This document shows positions 58,557 to 64,000 of a stretch of 64,000 nucleotides of DNA, in pieces. The notes below the pieces were generated by a model. It searched no databases. It saw only the letters and a list, made by a program, of their open reading frames with translations, and was not told the DNA's origin. Position 1 is the first letter of the stretch, and the number at the start of each line of letters is the position of its first letter. The stretch spans positions 117,930 to 181,929 of the forward strand of contig CAZIDX010000002.1 in NCBI GenBank assembly GCA_964538435.1, given 5' to 3'. The stretch comes from an uncultured Gammaproteobacteria bacterium. GTDB lineage: Bacteria; Patescibacteriota; Patescibacteriia; UBA9934; GWF2-40-263. A program made the position numbers and the translations under genes.

Positions 58557-58904
58557 CTAAAATGGTTTACAAATCCCAACCTCCTCAACAAAATCCTGGC
58601 ATGAATGACTGGCAGGACACTGATCGTCTCCATGACACTCACAATGTTCCACACACATCTCAATACATACGGTCCCCTCATCAGCACCCCGACACACTGA
58701 CCCACACTCTTCCCATTCTCCCCCAGCATCAGAGCAACTCTCTTCCATAAGCGCTGACGCATCAACATTTGTAACTTCAGGTGGGCTGGTATCAATTGCC
58801 GGAACAAGCGGATCACTTACCGTTTGCTGACCAGATGAATAAATCGCCACGCCAATCAAAACAACCACAATGGCGAGTAAAAAGATTTTTGTGTTCCTGC
58901 TCAT
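58557..58904 (-). CDS. Small Cys-rich exported protein
   Basis: N-terminal TM; CSDAGGEW.ECGS.CRG...CIEMCVEHCEC. Confidence 0.7.
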   Translation of the reverse strand: MSRNTKIFLLAIVVVLIGVAIYSSGQQTVSDPLVPAIDTSPPEVTNVDASALMEESCSDAGGEWEECGSVCRGADEGTVCIEMCVEHCECHGDDQCPASHSCQDFVEEVGICKPF

Positions 58905-60301
58905 AAAACAGCATTCTCTCTTATCCACCTTTGCAAACGATAGGTAGCAATACAATCATCTTCATTGTACTCAATGATTTTTTGCAACAACTTTGGAGAC
59001 TTCTTTGCGAGCCACTCTTCAAACCAAAGCACCGAATTTGCACCAGATGCATCCGCGCTGCGCCACTCAAATCCAATATAGTTCCCAATGTCTTTTAGTG
59101 AATAAAACGAGAGTGGAAAGATAACCGCCGGACGCATAACAGACAAAATATCAATCATATTGCGCTCAAACGCATCTCGAGCCATTTCAGACGCCCCATA
59201 CTTGGCTGCAAAACGTCGCACCACCTCTTCCTCAAACCAGCCATAGTGATAAATCGGCGCATCAATATGCTGCTCAATAAAATCAACAAAATCATCCCAC
59301 ATCTGCCCCTCTTGATCTGGTGAATCTGCAAAAAAGTGATGATACTCCTCTCCATCGCTTGAAACCTTATAAACTCCAAACAGATAATCAAAATCGCGAA
59401 GCGGATCGCTTTCAATATCAAAGAAAAGCTCAATATCAGCCTCAGGCAAATCAACACTTGAGCGGATCATGTGACGATGCTCACGAATAGCCAAGGCCTG
59501 ATCTCGCATCATCTCAAGCCTGCCAGGATTTGCCTCTGGAGCAAGCGTCTCAAGCTCAGGAATACTCTTTAGCGCAAGCTCACTGATCGTATCCACCCCC
59601 GCTGCCTCCAGACGACTCACCTCCTCGCGCCACACACGATTTAAAAGCGAAAGATCATCACATTCCCTTGACTCTGTCTGACACTCAGAAAACCACGGAG
59701 ACTGCTTACACCCACTTGTAACAAAATGCGAAGGCCGTTTTCCTGCAATAATCTTTTCAATCTCAGTAAGCGTAAGCTCGTACTCTGCCTCAAACTCCTC
59801 AATAAGATAATCAAGTACTTGATTATCTGGTGTGATGACATATCCCTGAAGCGGCTTCACTCCCTGAACCTTTTCAAGAAGTTCTGCATAAAAACACCCT
59901 TGAAACTTATGCTCGTCACGCGCACTCCGATCACGCTTAATATCAGCTGCAACATAATAATAGTCACCAAGCAAAGACCTGCCCTCCACCTTTTCCAAGA
60001 TATCCGGCATACCAACCCAATGCTTATCAACAAGTGCGCCTCGATAAATCGTTGTACGCCCCTCTCGCATGAACTCAAGCGTTTGCTTAAACGCTTCGTC
60101 CGGATCCTCAGCCGTCACCTCAGCCAAATCCTGCTTATCAGAAATAAGCTCCCGCTGAATCTCCTCAATAAGACCTTGGTCTTGAAGCTCTTCCATGAGT
60201 GGCTCATGTGGACGATGCTCCTCTGCATGCGCATCAAAATACACCCAATTTGGACACTTGAGGTACCTGAAGAATGTTTTTTCTGTGATTGTTTGTTGCA
60301 T
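58901..60301 (-). CDS. TM0106 family RecB-like nuclease with RNase H-like C-terminal domain
   Basis: GMPDILEK..DIK..Q..FY; FFDIESDP, YLFG, IYHY, YSLK, YNEDDC.AT. Confidence 0.9.
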   Translation of the reverse strand: MQQTITEKTFFRYLKCPNWVYFDAHAEEHRPHEPLMEELQDQGLIEEIQRELISDKQDLAEVTAEDPDEAFKQTLEFMREGRTTIYRGALVDKHWVGMPDILEKVEGRSLLGDYYYVAADIKRDRSARDEHKFQGCFYAELLEKVQGVKPLQGYVITPDNQVLDYLIEEFEAEYELTLTEIEKIIAGKRPSHFVTSGCKQSPWFSECQTESRECDDLSLLNRVWREEVSRLEAAGVDTISELALKSIPELETLAPEANPGRLEMMRDQALAIREHRHMIRSSVDLPEADIELFFDIESDPLRDFDYLFGVYKVSSDGEEYHHFFADSPDQEGQMWDDFVDFIEQHIDAPIYHYGWFEEEVVRRFAAKYGASEMARDAFERNMIDILSVMRPAVIFPLSFYSLKDIGNYIGFEWRSADASGANSVLWFEEWLAKKSPKLLQKIIEYNEDDCIATYRLQRWIRENAVL

Positions 60302-60367
60302 GGTACTATTATATCAGAAGCGAATAGCAAAAGCTCACCCCCTCAACCACAATCCAAGGAGTTCCCT

Positions 60368-60952
60368 TTGGAAAGTGATGTAGGCCCTGCATCAGCCACG
60401 TTCTCTCTCACCATCGAACCTGACACGGACATCTTTGCGTTCACACACCTCAAAGGACCAATGGACAACGTCGTGACGATCCAGGAGTGTCCAAAACCGA
60501 TCCGAGACATGATCGGCCCCGTGATCGCAAAGCTCATTCAGCTTCAGATTCGATCCCTCAATTACGACCCTGGGCGAGGCGAGAACTTCGCTGTCATCTT
60601 CAAACCCAAAACAGAACCAAGGCCCGACCCCATCACCGGCAAGATACCTCCGACACCTGAGCCTGTGCTTGTGGAAATCCCGTTCCCAAAACGAAAAAAA
60701 GCGCTCGAAGCGCTTCGGATCACAGCCTGGTGGGTCGAGCACGAACGCAGACGACTGATCGCAAAGCTCCGAGCACACGAAGCAAGTGATCCAAGCCAGA
60801 TACACTGGGTCTGCCCAAACTGCAACGAGCGCGTCTCACACGAGCGTTCGCACTGCCGCAACCACGAGTGCCCATCCTGGGACATGCTCCACATCGCCAC
60901 TGACGAACCAACACTTCACTTGGTCAACATCTCTGGCAACGCTCCTGCCTGA
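60368..60952 (+). CDS. Hypothetical protein with C-terminal Zn ribbon (start could be ATG 60461)
   Basis: AAGGAG before TTG 60368; WVCPNC...HCRNHEC. Confidence 0.7.
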   Translation: MESDVGPASATFSLTIEPDTDIFAFTHLKGPMDNVVTIQECPKPIRDMIGPVIAKLIQLQIRSLNYDPGRGENFAVIFKPKTEPRPDPITGKIPPTPEPVLVEIPFPKRKKALEALRITAWWVEHERRRLIAKLRAHEASDPSQIHWVCPNCNERVSHERSHCRNHECPSWDMLHIATDEPTLHLVNISGNAPA

Positions 60953-61015
60953 CTTCCACGAAACCAGGCCCAACCCGTCCACAATCCCGCCACAGCGAGA
61001 CAAGGACGGGTTTTC

Positions 61016-62248
61016 TTATTCTTCTAATAAATAATCCGCACTCTCGTACACGTTCCTTGCATTCCATAGAATCCAACCGCTTGCCCCAGCATCGCGCGAA
61101 GCTTGTATCTGCGCTTCAATCAAATCCGATGTATACACCGCACCAATATCAAAATCCTGAAGCCAAGGTCGCCACTTAGCCTGAAGCGACTCCTCGGTCC
61201 CAGACCACACACCTCGAATCAATCCCGTACCTTCATCAAGCGATAGCTTCACAATCTCATACGGGTACACTGCTGGGTTACCATAACCTTCAAACCCATC
61301 TGGATAATGTGACGGATACACCATAGGAGAAATAAAATCTGCAAACGGGAGCGCGTCCACGAGACGCTGACCAATGTTATAACCACTATGAGAGAAAAAC
61401 GTCATCCCAAACAAATCAAACGACACAGGGATACCTTGATCTCGCATACTGCCACCAACAGACTTGAAAAACCGTTGCATCACGTCAATCTTTTCCTCAA
61501 CCCCATCGTAAACAGGATACACAATACTGCTCACAGCACCATCTGAGGCAAATCGAACGTAATCATACTGAATCTCATCAAACCCACGCGCATAAAGCTC
61601 TTCCCCAAGCCGAATTGCATAATCTGCAACCTCCACCGAGGCTGGATCCACCCACACAGAACCGATGCTGTCGTACCAAAACCCACCAGAACCTGAACGC
61701 ATAGCAAACTCCGGGTGTTCATACGCAAAAGCAGCATCTCGCATCACAGCCACGCGTGCAATGCGGTAAATCCCTTTCTCCCCAAGCCACTCGAGCATGC
61801 CATCCAAATCCTCGATAGCAGGATTAAGCATGACATACGACTCCAAACTCTCATCATTTGGCACAAACGCCAACTCTCCATTATCCATCTTTGCATCAAT
61901 CACAACACTATTGAGCCCCGTCGAAAGCATGTACTCAAGCAAATTCTCCCCGCGCAAGCCCCCGGCCGTCACAGCGGTCCAGTAGATCCCACGGACCTCG
62001 TCTGGAAGTGGAACTCGAAGAGGGGTAGGAGGATTAGAAGGAGTAGAAAGAGTAATAGGGCTCTCAGATTCTGCTCCTTCTACTCCTTCTATCTCGTGCG
62101 TTACTCCTATTACCCCTTCTACCCCTTTCTCTACAAAAACCAAAAACCCCACCACAAAAGGAAGGGTTATCATCAAAACCAAAAACACAGGGATTGCCAA
62201 CCAGCCCCTGTGTTTTGAATGTTCTTGTTTTCGCTCTTCAGCGCTCAT
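61016..62248 (-). CDS. Putative glycoside hydrolase (DUF4015-like TIM barrel)
   Basis: VRGIY, NSVVIDAK, GFDEIQYDYVRF, SPMVYPSHY, RPWLQDF, WILWNARN.Y. Confidence 0.85.
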   Translation of the reverse strand: MSAEERKQEHSKHRGWLAIPVFLVLMITLPFVVGFLVFVEKGVEGVIGVTHEIEGVEGAESESPITLSTPSNPPTPLRVPLPDEVRGIYWTAVTAGGLRGENLLEYMLSTGLNSVVIDAKMDNGELAFVPNDESLESYVMLNPAIEDLDGMLEWLGEKGIYRIARVAVMRDAAFAYEHPEFAMRSGSGGFWYDSIGSVWVDPASVEVADYAIRLGEELYARGFDEIQYDYVRFASDGAVSSIVYPVYDGVEEKIDVMQRFFKSVGGSMRDQGIPVSFDLFGMTFFSHSGYNIGQRLVDALPFADFISPMVYPSHYPDGFEGYGNPAVYPYEIVKLSLDEGTGLIRGVWSGTEESLQAKWRPWLQDFDIGAVYTSDLIEAQIQASRDAGASGWILWNARNVYESADYLLEE

Positions 62249-62251
62249 GTC

Positions 62252-62863
62252 TTATTCCTTATCTTCAACACTTACAGCTGTCATGGTGTCTCCAATCATC
62301 ATCTCGTCAACAATATCCATCCCCTCAGTCACCCGCCCAAAAACTGAATAAGCTTTTGCAAGCGGAGTATCTTCTAGCATGATAAAGAATTGAGAACCGT
62401 TTGTGTTTGGGCCTGAGTTTGCCATTGCCACAGTCCCTCGTTCATATCCATAATCATCCTCAAGCTCATCTTCAAACTTATATCCTGGCCCACCTGTTCC
62501 ATTTCCACTTGGATCCCCACCTTGGAGCACCCAGCTCTCTCGCCTGTGGAATGTTAGTCCGTTGTAATACCCACCCGTGGTCAAGTAAACAAAGTTAGAA
62601 ACGGTATTTGGAGCTGTGTCTGCAAAAAGTTCAAACACGATATCTCCCTTTTCTGTCTGAATACGAATCTGTTTGTTTTGGATCTCCTCATCAGAGAGTG
62701 TTCCTGGGAATTCCCATTGAAGCTCGGTCATATCTTCTTGAGCGGATGCGTTATCTGGATAATGAAAGGTAATCTCGTCTGTTGCTGTATCAGCAACGTC
62801 TCCTCCCACACAGCCAGCGCCAACGAGCAGTAGCGCAGCTGCAAACACTGTTAGTTTTTTCAT
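62252..62863 (-). CDS. Cyclophilin-type peptidyl-prolyl isomerase (lipoprotein)
   Basis: VGAGC lipobox, APNTVSNF, FHR, QGGDP.GNGTGGPGY, AMANSGPNTNGSQFFI. Confidence 0.96.
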   Translation of the reverse strand: MKKLTVFAAALLLVGAGCVGGDVADTATDEITFHYPDNASAQEDMTELQWEFPGTLSDEEIQNKQIRIQTEKGDIVFELFADTAPNTVSNFVYLTTGGYYNGLTFHRRESWVLQGGDPSGNGTGGPGYKFEDELEDDYGYERGTVAMANSGPNTNGSQFFIMLEDTPLAKAYSVFGRVTEGMDIVDEMMIGDTMTAVSVEDKE

Positions 62864-62866
62864 AGT

Positions 62867-63433
62867 TTAGAGCAAGCCAATGGATCGAGCGACATTTGCG
62901 ATCCCATCTAGCACAACAGACCCTCCACCTGTACCACCCATAGCCGTTGTTGAAATAAGCATTCCAGCAAGCACAGCCACAATCACCACAACCACACCTA
63001 GAAGTTCATTCACACGCATTGGAAGATGATCGCAGTTAGAACAAGTTCCAACAAACACAATCCTCTTCTCTACCTCAACAACCTTGTGTGGTTTCTTGAT
63101 CTGAGTTTCAGTAATCGTCACAACAGGAGCCTGGTCAATAGCCGCCTTTGCTTCCTCGCGAGCCTCAGCAACCATCTTCTTTGCAGCAGCTGGCTTTACA
63201 ACCTTCTTCTTTGCAACAGGTTTCTTTGCTGGAGCCTTCTTCGCGACCTTCTTCTTAGCTGGAGCCTTCTTTTTTGCTGGAGCCTTCTTAGCAACTGGCT
63301 TTTTCTTGGCAACTTTTTTTGGAGCAGCCTTCTTTGCTACTTTCTTTTTTGCTGGAGCCTTCTTTTTGGCTACAGGCTTCTTTGCTGCGGTCTTCTTTTT
63401 GGCCGCAGTCGTTGTGCGTTTTTTTGTTGGCAT
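62867..63433 (-). CDS. Histone H1-like Lys/Ala-rich protein with CxxC and C-terminal TM helix
   Basis: Repeated (P/V)AKK units, CSNCDH, hydrophobic C-terminal helix. Confidence 0.75.
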   Translation of the reverse strand: MPTKKRTTTAAKKKTAAKKPVAKKKAPAKKKVAKKAAPKKVAKKKPVAKKAPAKKKAPAKKKVAKKAPAKKPVAKKKVVKPAAAKKMVAEAREEAKAAIDQAPVVTITETQIKKPHKVVEVEKRIVFVGTCSNCDHLPMRVNELLGVVVVIVAVLAGMLISTTAMGGTGGGSVVLDGIANVARSIGLL

Positions 63434-63528
63434 AAAAAAATCACTCTCTCCTTCCTGGGGTCTCCCCCTAATGAACAATGTTTTAAAACTTATACCTATT
63501 ATAGCACATCGAATATTGAGATCCAAAG

Positions 63529-63975
63529 CTACTCAACTTGATCATTTATCCCCAACACAACAAAAACACTCCCCTGAAACTCAATCGGCGCGCTCACAGA
63601 TTTTTCTGACAGATCAAAAACGGTCGAAAGCACCTCTGAGCCTGCACCATAACGATCAATGACAATAATCTGAGCCTCTGTCAGATCCAAACCATCCCTC
63701 CACTCTGACTGAACAACCATTTCAAGCTCTCCATTGAGAATCAAAGCGCTCTCATCCGTTCGAATCTCATAAATCGGACTCGCAAGCCCATCAATCTCAG
63801 CATCAAAACTCTCAACCAGAATAATCTCAACCAAGCTCGCCGAATCTGTCACAGCCCTCAGTGTCACAGCCCCATCTTCTGACCGAGCAAACACCTGATC
63901 CGGCACACTCGAAAAAGCAGCAAACAAACTACCAACAAAAACCACCGCGACAACAATCGCGATGAGCCAATACAT
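63529..63975 (-). CDS. Hypothetical exported protein
   Basis: N-terminal hydrophobic helix, 148 aa. Confidence 0.7.
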   Translation of the reverse strand: MYWLIAIVVAVVFVGSLFAAFSSVPDQVFARSEDGAVTLRAVTDSASLVEIILVESFDAEIDGLASPIYEIRTDESALILNGELEMVVQSEWRDGLDLTEAQIIVIDRYGAGSEVLSTVFDLSEKSVSAPIEFQGSVFVVLGINDQVE

Positions 63976-64000
63976 CTCTTGTGTTTTCTTTTTCCCCCGC

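Noticed and set aside
52502-60301. CRISPR-Cas locus from the Cas2-like and RecB/Cas4-like genes
   Set aside because: The genes are 6 kb apart among housekeeping genes, with no cas1 or array; they fit the PaaX-like and TM0106 families.
59726-60367. N-terminal extension of the 408-aa ORF
   Set aside because: Overlaps the TM0106 gene in antisense; a plausible RBS and start appear only at 60368 or 60461.

Overview
Chromosomal segment of a small-genome bacterium. The gene set (alpha2-type GlyRS, DUF4012, TrmB-like and PaaX/Cas2-like proteins, archaeal-type PyrH, TM0106 nuclease, A-rich leaders without Shine-Dalgarno) suggests Patescibacteria/CPR (inference); genetic code 11. Positions 1-5.6 kb are the end of an integrated element (TOPRIM primase-ATPase, large serine recombinase reading into tRNA-Trp). 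The rest is housekeeping DNA (tpiA, glyQS, frr, holB, mreB, rplJL with L10 leader, pyrH, xseAB, glycosyltransferases, 3 more tRNAs) interleaved with a distinct class of GC-rich orphan genes that have GGAGG ribosome-binding sites, consensus sigma70 promoters and heavily structured UTRs. The most striking items are two transcription units that share a 5' leader motif (CTGGGGAGAGAG, with complementary tracts in downstream hairpin loops). The first (22.9-24.6 kb) is an array of four structured repeats alternating with three different small membrane-protein genes. The second (32.0-36.5 kb) has a tandem pair of covarying multi-stem RNA motifs and three very GC-rich orphan genes separated by densely paired spacers. 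Also notable: a GIY-YIG gene inside a duplicated tRNA-Thr 5' half, a PaaX/Cas2-like gene bracketed by a palindrome that recurs 40 kb away, a MurL-MurD fusion and a CoaB-aldolase-GNAT-NUDIX fusion. No CRISPR array or rRNA was seen. All family calls come from motif recognition by eye, not from database searches.
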